A stretch of DNA of 30,032 nucleotides from an uncultured bacterium (GCA_963977445.1 CAXBPH010000061.1:1-30032), one strand, 5' to 3'; positions 1 to 9,174 are shown, counted from the stretch's first letter. Notes: generated from the sequence alone by a model not told the origin. A program made the numbers and translations.

Positions 1-54
1 TTCACCTTCACCTTCACCTTCACCTTCACCTTCACCTTCACCTTCACCTTCACC
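1..54 (-). repeat. Perfect hexamer tandem repeat (TTCACC)x9, encoding a (Gly-Glu)n linker on the minus strand; truncated by the window edge
   Basis: Positions 1-54 are nine exact TTCACC copies, in frame with the minus-strand CDS starting at 1125 (...LLTPLAGEGEGEGE). Confidence 0.97.
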
Positions 55-1125
55 GGCAAGGGGCGTCAAAAGAGCTTCACCGAAATTTGCAGACACGGGG
101 ACGCACCAGATACTGAGATAGGTGATCGTGGAGAGGTCAACACCACTGGGCACAGGAAACTGTAACGTCTCATTCACATAGGGCTCAGCACGTCGGAGAT
201 CGTCGGAGAGATTGACGCCCTCGGTGAGAGTCTCGTCGGCAAATCCGTAGAGGTGAACGTCGATCCCTGTTCCGTCAAAATTAAAGTTCTCGATTTCAAT
301 GGTGCAATTGTCGACGATGCGGGCCGTACCCGTGACTTCATGGAATCGGGTTGTAAATTCTCCCGATGCGCCCACATAGGCGTTGTCCGTTCCGCAATCC
401 TTCGTCGGTATTTCAAGGGCAATCTGGATGCGCGCCGCGTTGTTCGTTTCGTCTGACTCAAGAATATGATTGGCCGGGTCTACCTGAATTTCGAGCCAGT
501 AGGTGCCGGATTCGAGGTCAGTCACGTCGATCCACTGAAATTCCAGATTCTGAGAATAGATATCGGTCCAGCCGACGGAGATGCCGTGATTCCCACCATT
601 GGCCTGGAATCCGGACGCCGGACGACCGGGAAGGGAACTGTCATAGATGGCGGAGCTGGTTATGCGGACCGCAGGCTTTGCGCCAGTAGCGAGCACCTCA
701 CCGACGCCCTCATTCGGTAGAATTTCGCGGATGTTGTAGGCAACCCATCCCTCGGCTTCCATCATGAAAATAGACGGGTTGTAGAGGAAGTCACCGGCAT
801 CCCGGGTTCTTGGGTCGCCGACTTCCTGCTCGATTACCTGATTTACGGTTTGTCGCCCATTACCGCCATCTTCCCCGGTAGATGCGAGGAGAAAGGGGCC
901 TGCACCAATATTGGGCAGGGAAGAATTGAAGCGCAGCAGGGCTTTTCCCGGAATATGCTCTGTATCAAGTCGATTGGTATTCAGGGCCGTCGGGTCCACG
1001 ATCAGGTCGGGAAGGAGATCCTGTCCAAAGGCGCTTGTGCTGAGGCAGAGCAACACGAGGGCAGTAAGGGCTCGTCGGAGGGTTGTAGCGGGGATTAATG
1101 TGGTGAAGACGGAAGTGGTACTCAT
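1..1125 (-). CDS. Secreted multidomain protein, 3'-truncated: signal peptide + lysyl oxidase-like domain (no Cu-His motif) + DM13 domain + (EG)n linker
   Basis: Hand translation from ATG 1125-1123 (RBS GAGGT just upstream) is stop-free to position 1 (375 codons). Signal peptide: MSTTSVFTTLIPATTLRRALTALVLLCLSTSAFG. LOX motifs: LLPDL, LLRFNSSLPNIGAGP, GISVGWTDIY, QWIDVTDLESGTYWL, VDPANHILESDETNN. DM13 motifs: GEFTTRFHEVTGTARIVD, IENFNFDGTGIDVHLY, LSIWCVPVSANFGEALL. Confidence 0.9.
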   Translation of the reverse strand, partial: MSTTSVFTTLIPATTLRRALTALVLLCLSTSAFGQDLLPDLIVDPTALNTNRLDTEHIPGKALLRFNSSLPNIGAGPFLLASTGEDGGNGRQTVNQVIEQEVGDPRTRDAGDFLYNPSIFMMEAEGWVAYNIREILPNEGVGEVLATGAKPAVRITSSAIYDSSLPGRPASGFQANGGNHGISVGWTDIYSQNLEFQWIDVTDLESGTYWLEIQVDPANHILESDETNNAARIQIALEIPTKDCGTDNAYVGASGEFTTRFHEVTGTARIVDNCTIEIENFNFDGTGIDVHLYGFADETLTEGVNLSDDLRRAEPYVNETLQFPVPSGVDLSTITYLSIWCVPVSANFGEALLTPLAGEGEGEGEGEGEGEGEGE

Positions 1126-1159
1126 AGCTTTACCTCGATGGTGCCCGTTGAATTCTACT

Positions 1160-1179
1160 GCAGTCACTATAGCAAGTGC
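1160..1179 (-). promoter_or_regulatory. Putative extended -10 (TGnTAnnnT) promoter element of the LOX-DM13 gene
   Basis: Minus strand reads GCACTTGCTATAGTGACTGC (TG-C-TATAGT), with the hexamer about 40 nt upstream of the ATG. It is 17/20 identical to 14377-14396. Confidence 0.55.
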
Positions 1180-1256
1180 CGTTGTTTGTGGCAACCGGTA
1201 ATGGGTCACTGCAAACCAGCGGCCATTACTTTTGCGGCCTCTACGGAAGCGTTAGA

Positions 1257-2165
1257 CTACTTGATTTCATGGAGCCCTTCGGTCATCACGTAGTGGTGCT
1301 CAATGGGCAGCTTTTCCATCCATTCCCGTACGGCGAGGGTCTTCCATGGACCGGAACCCTTCCCGCCGCCATTGTCGTTGTCCCAGAGCCACAGCGGGGT
1401 GGGCCAGAGGCAATAGCGGGCCCCAACGTGTTCGTAGAAGGCCTCGCTTACGCCGGCCTGACCGTGGTGGGCCATTTGGATGTAGTCCGCGTGAATTCGG
1501 TCGGAAAAGGGGCCTTTTAAGGCCTTATCGCCCCCTTCAACACCGAGATCGCCCGTGAAGAGGACGGATTTTTCGCTGTCAGAAATTCGAACGATAATAC
1601 TGGAGTTATTGACGCCGTTGGGGAGGATTTCGGGGTTCTTTGCGCCCAATACTTCGATTTGGACGCCGTCGATCTCCATTTCCTGACCGGGTGTGAGTTC
1701 CTCTACCATGCGATCGGCCGTTTTAAGGGTGTCGACGAACCAATGGTAGACTTTCTGCTCGCCCTCCGAGCCGTGTTGGTCTATCCATTCGCCACCGAGG
1801 AAGGAGCCAAAGATAGGCCCGATTTTCAATGCGCCAGGGGCTTTGACGAGCTCGCACAGGGCACTGAGGTGGTCGGAGTGGGGGTGGCTGATAAACCACG
1901 CGGCGACGTCGTTGCCCTGGGCTTCAAGAAACTTGGCGAGGTAGGGCGCGTCACCCACGTTGCCCCCGTCGACGACGATGAGTTTACCGTTGGGGGTCTT
2001 TATGACATACGACATCATCTGTGTTGGCGTTTGATTCGGAAGTTGCCACAAGGTGAATTTGGTCGGTCCCGTTGGCGAACTCGGTGTTGGGTTTTCGGCG
2101 GGGGATAGGGCGCAGAGGGCGATCGCCAGGGTCAACAAAAGCCCACGAAAAGACGAAATTATCAT
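1257..2165 (-). CDS. Secreted MBL-fold metallo-hydrolase (ComEC/Rec2-like C-terminal domain)
   Basis: Motifs SHPHSDH (HxHxDH), VVDGG, NNSSII, LFTGD and AHHG. A hydrophobic signal peptide follows Met at 2165; the ORF track starts at 2225. Confidence 0.85.
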   Translation of the reverse strand: MIISSFRGLLLTLAIALCALSPAENPTPSSPTGPTKFTLWQLPNQTPTQMMSYVIKTPNGKLIVVDGGNVGDAPYLAKFLEAQGNDVAAWFISHPHSDHLSALCELVKAPGALKIGPIFGSFLGGEWIDQHGSEGEQKVYHWFVDTLKTADRMVEELTPGQEMEIDGVQIEVLGAKNPEILPNGVNNSSIIVRISDSEKSVLFTGDLGVEGGDKALKGPFSDRIHADYIQMAHHGQAGVSEAFYEHVGARYCLWPTPLWLWDNDNGGGKGSGPWKTLAVREWMEKLPIEHHYVMTEGLHEIK

Positions 2166-2271
2166 GGTGTTGCACAATCCATACGTGTTGGGGGGAGTTC
2201 TCCCCAGGATTAAATATCGGACCAACCACCCATTGGGCGGCGGGTCCGATGGGGGTGATAGGGAAAAACTC

Positions 2272-3045
2272 TTACGCTATCGTGTGTGCACCATTCACGT
2301 GGATATTCTGTCCGGCCACATAGGAGGCTTCGTCACTGGCGAGGAATACCGCTGTGTCGGCCACTTCCTTGGGGACGCCCCAACGTCCGGCGGGGACGCC
2401 AGCGAGGTACTCATCTTTCATGTCCTGGGGGTCTTTTTCGTGGCGTTCCACAGGGATCCATCCGGGGGAGATCATATTGACCGTAATGCCGAAGGAGGCC
2501 ACTTCACCGGCCAGGCTGCGGTTGAATCCGTTTTGCCCACCCTTGGCAGCACAATAGGCTGTAAAGTTTGGTACGCCCCGCGTGAACACTTCGGAGCCGA
2601 TATTGATGATTCGGCCCCACTTCTGGGCCTTCATGTGGGGGAGCACGGCGCGACACAAGAGAAAGGGACTCTTGATAAAAAAGTCGAGCATGGACTGATA
2701 AAATTCCCACGTGTACTCTTCGATAGGTAATTGGGGCTGGTCGGGCGTGGCATTGATGACGAGGATATCTACCGGACCCAGCGTGTCTGTGATTTCCTGA
2801 TTCATCCGGGTGACGTCGCCTTCGTCAATGGCGCTACCGCGGAGGAGGATGCCTTCATGACCGGCATCCTGAAACTCTTTGAAGGTGGTATTGGCGCGGG
2901 CTTCGTTGTTGTTGTAGTTCAAGGCAACTTTGGCCCCGGCCGCACCCATCTGCATGGCCATTACTTTGCCCAGACCCGTGCTGCTGCCGGTGATCCAGGC
3001 TACTTTACCCTTAAGCGAAAAGGACGGTTGTCCATTGGTCGTCAT
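2272..3045 (-). CDS. SDR family NAD(P)-dependent oxidoreductase (FabG-like)
   Basis: TGSSTGLG glycine motif, YCAAK catalytic motif, GRIINIGS, VNMISPGWI; 257 aa. Confidence 0.92.
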   Translation of the reverse strand: MTTNGQPSFSLKGKVAWITGSSTGLGKVMAMQMGAAGAKVALNYNNNEARANTTFKEFQDAGHEGILLRGSAIDEGDVTRMNQEITDTLGPVDILVINATPDQPQLPIEEYTWEFYQSMLDFFIKSPFLLCRAVLPHMKAQKWGRIINIGSEVFTRGVPNFTAYCAAKGGQNGFNRSLAGEVASFGITVNMISPGWIPVERHEKDPQDMKDEYLAGVPAGRWGVPKEVADTAVFLASDEASYVAGQNIHVNGAHTIA

Positions 3046-3117
3046 TCATTCTCTCCGGTTTGTTTTTTCGTTACGAATAGATGATCCCCGAAGGGACCGA
3101 TGCTTGAATTAATGCCG

Positions 3118-4569
3118 TCAGGCGAGCAAGTCGTGTATTACGTTGCCATGCACGTCGGTGAGACGCATGTCCCGGCCACTGTAGCGATAGGTCAACTTGG
3201 TGTGGTCAAAACCGAGGAGATGAAGCATGGTCGCGTGGAGATCATGTATTTCCACGCGATTCTCCACGGCCTTGTATCCAAATTCATCGGTAGCGCCATA
3301 GACGATGCCCGGTTTGGTGCCCCCACCGGCCATCCAGATGGTAAAGCCGAAGGGGTTGTGATCCCGGCCGACGGTACCCTGGGCGAAGGGGGTGCGGCCG
3401 AATTCACCGGCCCATATCACCAGCGTCTCTTCCAGCAGTCCCCGGGACTTGAGATCTTTCAAGAGTCCGGCGATAGGCTGATCGACGGCCTTGGCGTTCA
3501 ACTCGTGATTGCTTACCAAATCACCGTGGGCATCCCAGCGGTCCTGGCCTTCGATGGGGGGGCAGGTCAGCTCGACAAATCGAACACCCCGCTCCACGAG
3601 CCGTCGGGCCAGCAGACACTGCATGCCATAGGAACGGGTATGTTCATACTCGGCTTCCATACCATAGAGTTTCTTGGTGGCATCGCTTTCGCCGGTGATG
3701 TCGACGAGCTCCGGCACCGCGACTTGCATGTGGTAAGCGAGCTCGTAATTGGAGATGGCTGCCTCCAGAGCGTCGTGGTGGCCCCGATACTTCATGGCGT
3801 TGGCGTCCAACTGCCCCACGAGATCCAGGAGGGGCTGTTGGGTCCCGGGAACCGATTCGGCAGGGGCGATGTTGGCCAGGGGATGTTCCTGCGCTTTCAG
3901 CAGGGAGGCCTGGTAGGCGGCGGGCAGGAAACCGTTGCCAAAGTTTTCTACGCCACCCGATGGGATGAGCCCGCCGTTGAGTACCACGAAGCCGGGCAGG
4001 TTCTGGCTTTCGCTGCCAAGTCCATACATGGACCAGGCACCCATGGAGGGACGTCCGACTTGACTGTGGCCCGTATGCAGAAAATAATTGGCCTGATTGT
4101 GTTCAGAAAAATTGGAAACCATGGACCGAATGATGGTCAGGTCATCGACGCAGCCACCGACATGGGGGAAAAGGTCGGATACGGGCGTGCCACTCTGGCC
4201 ATAATTCTTGAAGGCCCAGGGGCTTCCCAGGGTGGAGCCGTTGTTGTCAAACTGGGTGGGCTCCATCGTCATGGAAAAGGGCTTGCCGTTGTCCTGCGTA
4301 AGGCGTGGCTTCGGGTCAAAGCTATCCACCTGGGAAACGCCGCCATCCATATAGAGGAAAATAACGTTCTTGGCTTTCGCGGGGAAATGGGGCATGCCCG
4401 ACGACGTGGTAAGCGAGTCCACCGCGCCAAAAGCCTTATCGCCGAGAAGGGCACTGAGGGCTACTGCGCCAAATCCATTGGCACAGCGTTGCAGCATGGC
4501 CCGACGACTCAGGGGGGCGGGGGAGACGTGTTGGCTACATCCACAACCGGGCTGTTGTTGCTTACTCAT
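3118..4569 (-). CDS. DUF1501 domain protein (Tat-exported, sulfatase-like fold)
   Basis: SRRAML twin-arginine leader; AKNVIFLYMDGGVSQVDSFDPKP, CLLARRLVERGVRFVEL, WDAH, GEFGRTP, GRDHNP, DLHATMLHLLG. Confidence 0.93.
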   Translation of the reverse strand: MSKQQQPGCGCSQHVSPAPLSRRAMLQRCANGFGAVALSALLGDKAFGAVDSLTTSSGMPHFPAKAKNVIFLYMDGGVSQVDSFDPKPRLTQDNGKPFSMTMEPTQFDNNGSTLGSPWAFKNYGQSGTPVSDLFPHVGGCVDDLTIIRSMVSNFSEHNQANYFLHTGHSQVGRPSMGAWSMYGLGSESQNLPGFVVLNGGLIPSGGVENFGNGFLPAAYQASLLKAQEHPLANIAPAESVPGTQQPLLDLVGQLDANAMKYRGHHDALEAAISNYELAYHMQVAVPELVDITGESDATKKLYGMEAEYEHTRSYGMQCLLARRLVERGVRFVELTCPPIEGQDRWDAHGDLVSNHELNAKAVDQPIAGLLKDLKSRGLLEETLVIWAGEFGRTPFAQGTVGRDHNPFGFTIWMAGGGTKPGIVYGATDEFGYKAVENRVEIHDLHATMLHLLGFDHTKLTYRYSGRDMRLTDVHGNVIHDLLA

Positions 4570-4641
4570 GGCAAACTCTCCATATACTTCGAGTGACAGA
4601 CTGTCGTCAGCGGCATTCCGCGACGGGCAAAATCGTCACAC

Positions 4642-7600
4642 TTATCCAATGTAGATAAATTCTTTCAACATGAAAACGGTGTGGCAGAGGTCGGCCAAAA
4701 TCCGACTGTCCTGCCATGCATCGGCCTCGGGAACGTCATAAAGATGGGCCTGAGCCGCTACAAACTGGGACAGGGTATTGCGCTCTTCGTCCCGGGGGAA
4801 GCGCGCCAATGCAATTTCGAAAAGCCTGTCGATGACGGCGTCAAAGTTCTCTGGTGCGTTACCCAGCAGTCGTTCGCTGAGGACGCGTGCCTGTTCCACC
4901 ACAAAGGCATCATTCATCATGATGAGGGCCTGGGCTGGCAGATTCGAAACGGTACGGTTGCCAATGGTTGTGTCGGGCACGGGCATATCGAAGGCCATGG
5001 CGATGGGCAGGAGGTGATTGCGCCTTACTTCGAGATAGACCGTGCGACGCCGGTCACCATCCATAGGGCCGGAGACCGAAGGACTGCGGCGATTACGCCC
5101 AAAGGGTGGGATGTACGCGGGCACGGACGGCCCATACATGGTTGTGTTCAGATTGCCCCCCAATGCCAGCAGACTATCCCGGATGGCCTCACCCTCAAGA
5201 CGCAGCACCGGCATGCGGTGAAGGAGTACATTGGCGGGATCCTGGGTCTCGGATTCCGGGGAAACGGGCACGCTGCTCATGCGATAGGTCTCCGTCAGCA
5301 TGAGCACCTTGATAAGGTCTTTGGTGGACCAGCCGTTTTCCATAAAACGGGTGGCCAGGTAATCCAGGAGTTCGGGGTGGGAGGGTCGTTGACCCAAGGC
5401 ACCAAAGTTGTCCGTCGATGGTACAAGTCCCGTGCCAAACAAATGATGCCAGACGCGATTGACGTAGACCCGCGACGTGAGGGGGTTGGCTGGGTTTACC
5501 ATTTTGTCGGCGAGGGCCAGCCGGTCGTTTGCCTCATTCAAGCCTTCGGGCGCGAGGGCTGTCAGGAAGGCACGCTCCACGGTGCCATCTGTATTTCGGT
5601 GATCACCACGGATGAAATAAAGAGCGTCTTCCGGGGTGCCCGCCGTAGCCACGAGGGCCTTCACGGGCCCGACGATTTCCTCGTCAGAGCTGTTCAAGGC
5701 GACCCGCATCTCTTCCCGTCGCGCTACCGTATCGGCAGGCCACCAGAGTCCGCGCCGGAGCAGCAGTGCGGTCCAGGGATTTTCCGCGCGCAACGGTGCC
5801 GTCTCATTCTGTTTCCAGGCTGCTCGGAATACGCCTTCCAGACGAAGGGCGAGGTCATCCATTAGCAGACTCTTGATGGTGATGCTTTCCCCAATCAGAT
5901 CGGCCTGTTGGAGGCCGTGGGCTGGTGGTGGGGTGGGGCTGTCGCTGAGGATGATTTCGTCCACCGCGATATAGCCATCGGACTCGTCGATCAATTCAAT
6001 GTAGGCTTCCCTGCCCCGATACTTGCCGACCTGCTTGCCCATGGTGATCCAGATAAAGGACCCATGGGTGTCGCCGGTGTCCCGCAGGGTGTCGCCAAAA
6101 AGCAGGCCATTGTCCGGGGTGAGTTGGTAACCGTCGATCACCAGACGCATCCGTGCGTTTCGCCCGGCCACCCGGAAGTGTATGTAGTCGCAATCGATGG
6201 TGAAGTTGGGCGAGCGAAGTATGCCCTGAAGGTGCTCGGAATCCAGCCCACTGTGTACCACACCAGCCTGGACGGGATAGAGTTCTCCCTGAATGGGCGT
6301 CCACGCCACGTCGTGTGTGGGCTCTTTGCCAAAGGCATCGCCCGAGGGAAACCAGCCCTCGAAGGTGCCATCATCAAAGGTGGCAAAGGTACGATTAGAT
6401 GGGTCGGGCACGACTTCCGGTGGACTGGTCGTTTCTACACCGAGTGCCCGCGCTCGTTCGAGGAATTGACGTGTGTTTACGGAGCGGGCGGACTGGGCAA
6501 GCTGATTCCAGACGAAGAGGGGGTGGCTGGGCAGATTTACTTCCGGTTCGACGAGCGCTGCACGCCACCGGCCGAGCAGATTGGCATCCAGGCCCAGTTC
6601 CTCGGCTACTTTTTCGATGGGACGGCCCACTGGCTTCGCCGCCTTCGGCTCCCCGTCCGCCTTGGCTTCCGGCATGGGTACGCCATCGCTCGGTTTTGGG
6701 GTGTCATAGATGGATTTGGCCGCGCCCATGAGATAGGGCGCGATGGGCTGGTCGTCGATCGCGGGGACACCGTCGATAGTGGCACGGATGGCGCGACGTT
6801 GTTCACGAAGGAGTGCCCGCCGGGTGAGGGTGCCGGAATGGATTTTCTGTCCGGGATCAAGAAAGGCAATGGACTGGCGCGCGCTATAGAGGTGGCCCGC
6901 CATCGCGTAGTAGTCCCGCGCGGAAATGGCGTCGAATTTATGATCGTGGCACCGTGCGCAGGATACGGTCATGCCGAGGAACGCTTTGGACATGACATCC
7001 AACTGGTTATCGACACGGTCGGCCTGGTCCTGTTGCACGTCCACGGGCGCGTGGGTTGCCTGGTGCATAAACCAGAAGCCCGTTGCGAGTATGGATTCGT
7101 TGTAGCCGTCTTCCGGATGGTGACGGGGGGATTCGAGCAAGTCACCGGCAATATGCTCCCGAACAAACTGGTCGTAGGGCACATCTTCGTTGATGGCGCG
7201 AATTACATAGTCACGATAGGTCCATGCGTGGCGAATGGGATAGTCGCCTTCATGACCATGGGTGTCAGAATAGCGGACCAGGTCAAACCAATGGCGACCC
7301 CAGCGCTCGCCATAGGCGTTGTCTGCCAGCAATTCATCCAATACCCGTTCATAGGCGTCGGGACGGGTGTCATTGACAAAGTCTTCCACCGCCTGCGGCG
7401 TGGGGGGCAGTCCCGTAATGGTGAAATAGGCGCGTCGAATTAAGGTGCGTCGATCCGTTTCGGGTGCGGTGGCCAGCCCTTGGGCCTCCCGAGGGGCTTG
7501 CAGAAACTGGTCGACGGGATTGCCCTGAAAACGAGCGTCTTCCACGGTGGGGGGCGTCGGGTCGGTGATCGGCTGCCAGGCCCAATGCTCATCACGTCGC

Positions 7601-8034
7601 TTCTCGAGGTCAAAATCCTCGACAGCACTTTTGTTTTCAGGAAGTGCTTCATCGGGCCAGGGCGCGCCACGGGTAATCCACTCCAGCAGCAGGGTCGCTG
7701 CCGCGTCGGGCATCTTGCCCTTGGGAGGCATCTGGAGGTCTACGTTGCCATAGCCGATGGCGATACCAATGCGGCTACCGGCCGGGTCGCCTGCAATCAG
7801 CGCAGGGCCCGAGTCACCGCCCGAAAGAATGGTCTGGATGTGGTCGAGGCGAAGGCCACCTTTCTGCTTTTCTGCGCCGTGGCAGTCGAAGCAATATTGG
7901 CTCAAAACAGGGCGAATCTTAGATTCGAAGAAAGCCAGGTCTTCAGGGGATGCCTTGGAGACCATTGATTCTGCGCTGCTCGTGGTGGCTATCAGACCCA
8001 GCGCGACGCTGCCGAGGAAATGGAAATACCGCAT
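4642..8034 (-). CDS. Planctomycete-type cytochrome c / DUF1549 / DUF1553 (PSD1) protein
   Basis: Signal peptide; FFESKIRPVLSQYCFDCH heme motif; HWAWQP, YGERWGRHWFDLVRY, CARCHDHKFD; NPLTSRVYVNRVWHHLFG, PSHPELLDYLA, RLEGEAIRD, PAQAL. It sits directly upstream of the DUF1501 gene, the usual pairing. Confidence 0.93.
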   Translation of the reverse strand: MRYFHFLGSVALGLIATTSSAESMVSKASPEDLAFFESKIRPVLSQYCFDCHGAEKQKGGLRLDHIQTILSGGDSGPALIAGDPAGSRIGIAIGYGNVDLQMPPKGKMPDAAATLLLEWITRGAPWPDEALPENKSAVEDFDLEKRRDEHWAWQPITDPTPPTVEDARFQGNPVDQFLQAPREAQGLATAPETDRRTLIRRAYFTITGLPPTPQAVEDFVNDTRPDAYERVLDELLADNAYGERWGRHWFDLVRYSDTHGHEGDYPIRHAWTYRDYVIRAINEDVPYDQFVREHIAGDLLESPRHHPEDGYNESILATGFWFMHQATHAPVDVQQDQADRVDNQLDVMSKAFLGMTVSCARCHDHKFDAISARDYYAMAGHLYSARQSIAFLDPGQKIHSGTLTRRALLREQRRAIRATIDGVPAIDDQPIAPYLMGAAKSIYDTPKPSDGVPMPEAKADGEPKAAKPVGRPIEKVAEELGLDANLLGRWRAALVEPEVNLPSHPLFVWNQLAQSARSVNTRQFLERARALGVETTSPPEVVPDPSNRTFATFDDGTFEGWFPSGDAFGKEPTHDVAWTPIQGELYPVQAGVVHSGLDSEHLQGILRSPNFTIDCDYIHFRVAGRNARMRLVIDGYQLTPDNGLLFGDTLRDTGDTHGSFIWITMGKQVGKYRGREAYIELIDESDGYIAVDEIILSDSPTPPPAHGLQQADLIGESITIKSLLMDDLALRLEGVFRAAWKQNETAPLRAENPWTALLLRRGLWWPADTVARREEMRVALNSSDEEIVGPVKALVATAGTPEDALYFIRGDHRNTDGTVERAFLTALAPEGLNEANDRLALADKMVNPANPLTSRVYVNRVWHHLFGTGLVPSTDNFGALGQRPSHPELLDYLATRFMENGWSTKDLIKVLMLTETYRMSSVPVSPESETQDPANVLLHRMPVLRLEGEAIRDSLLALGGNLNTTMYGPSVPAYIPPFGRNRRSPSVSGPMDGDRRRTVYLEVRRNHLLPIAMAFDMPVPDTTIGNRTVSNLPAQALIMMNDAFVVEQARVLSERLLGNAPENFDAVIDRLFEIALARFPRDEERNTLSQFVAAQAHLYDVPEADAWQDSRILADLCHTVFMLKEFIYIG

Positions 8035-8242
8035 TGTCTACTCTCACGTTTTCAATTAAGACACGAACGAATGAAGGTCACGCCAATTGCTACACGGACA
8101 CTACCCACCGATGGGGCGAAGTCCCCCAGGATGGACTTCAATTCGTTAACACAGGTCTCTATACTACACACGATCCCACCCGAATAAAGCAAACCCATGT
8201 ATCAGAGAAAATGGGCATGAATCACGGGCTGACAGGGGGTTG

Positions 8243-9148
8243 CTACAACCCTTGGGCGGTCAACTTGTCGTCAATGAACTTTTTGGCCCGGGGAACGTCC
8301 GATTCGTCGAGGTGTTCAATGATGATGGGAATATTGGGGTGATCGTGGGCGAGGCGTCGTAAATAGACGTCGTAGTTGAGACTGCCCAATCCCGGCGGCG
8401 GCAGCTCGATCATGCCCACACCTTGCAGCGCATGCCCTTCACCCGCGTCGATCTTGGATAAGACGACGCCCTGGTCCTGGGTCGCCAGCTTCACATCTTT
8501 GGCGTGTGCAATTTTGATGCGGTGGGAAAGGGCATCAAAGATAGCATGGAGTTGGCGGTCCATGTTTCCAATATTGTGTTCTTCAAAGTAATTTGTGGGA
8601 TCCATGAGCAAGCCCAGGCAGGGGTCATCAATATCGGCGAAAAGGCGCAGGGTTTCTTCGATGGAGCCGATGACATTGTTGACATAGGTCTCCACAAGAA
8701 ACGTAGCACCATATTCCCGGGCGCATTGAACCAAATCGGCAATGACATCGCGACAGATCTCGTAGCCCTCTTCGGTCTTGTTTCTGGGGTGGTGGACCCA
8801 GTCGCTGTCGGGGTCGAAGGTGCCTGTCTCACTGATAACGTAGGGTGAGCCGAGTTCTCGCGCGTGGCGGATGATGGTTTTCAGCATCGCCAGATTGGCC
8901 TTGCGGCGCTCTGGATCGGGGTGGACCAGGTTGGTGTACCCCGAAATGCAGCAAATGGGGAGGTCGTATTGCCGGAAGGTATCCCGGATAGTCTTGCACT
9001 TGGCCGAATTGATGTCCTCGACGCCGAGTTCCATGTCTTTGAACACCAAATCGAGCTGGACCGTGTTAAAGCCATGGGCACGAATGCGGCGCGCACTCTC
9101 GTGAAGGGTGTAGGGAAAATAGGCGTTCAATATTCCAACTTGAATCAT
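8243..9148 (-). CDS. Sugar phosphate isomerase/epimerase family TIM barrel (xylose isomerase-like / AP endonuclease 2)
   Basis: Metal-ligand pattern LVET, LMDPTN, AHAKD and IIEH; GYTNLVHPD. Confidence 0.88.
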   Translation of the reverse strand: MIQVGILNAYFPYTLHESARRIRAHGFNTVQLDLVFKDMELGVEDINSAKCKTIRDTFRQYDLPICCISGYTNLVHPDPERRKANLAMLKTIIRHARELGSPYVISETGTFDPDSDWVHHPRNKTEEGYEICRDVIADLVQCAREYGATFLVETYVNNVIGSIEETLRLFADIDDPCLGLLMDPTNYFEEHNIGNMDRQLHAIFDALSHRIKIAHAKDVKLATQDQGVVLSKIDAGEGHALQGVGMIELPPPGLGSLNYDVYLRRLAHDHPNIPIIIEHLDESDVPRAKKFIDDKLTAQGL

Positions 9149-9174
9149 TGTGTGCTCCCGCAGGTTGAGTGTTT

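Noticed and set aside
1..54. Tandem repeat as a CRISPR or telomere-like array
   Set aside because: There are no spacers, and it is an in-frame coding hexamer repeat.
174..1201. Short ORFs listed in the track across 174-1201
   Set aside because: All overlap the motif-rich minus-strand LOX-DM13 frame, which is the credible gene.
3100..7443. Long plus-strand ORFs 3100-4596, 4681-5865 and 5908-7443
   Set aside because: They are antisense shadows of the DUF1501 and DUF1549/1553 genes, expected from GC-rich codon bias, and show no recognisable motifs.
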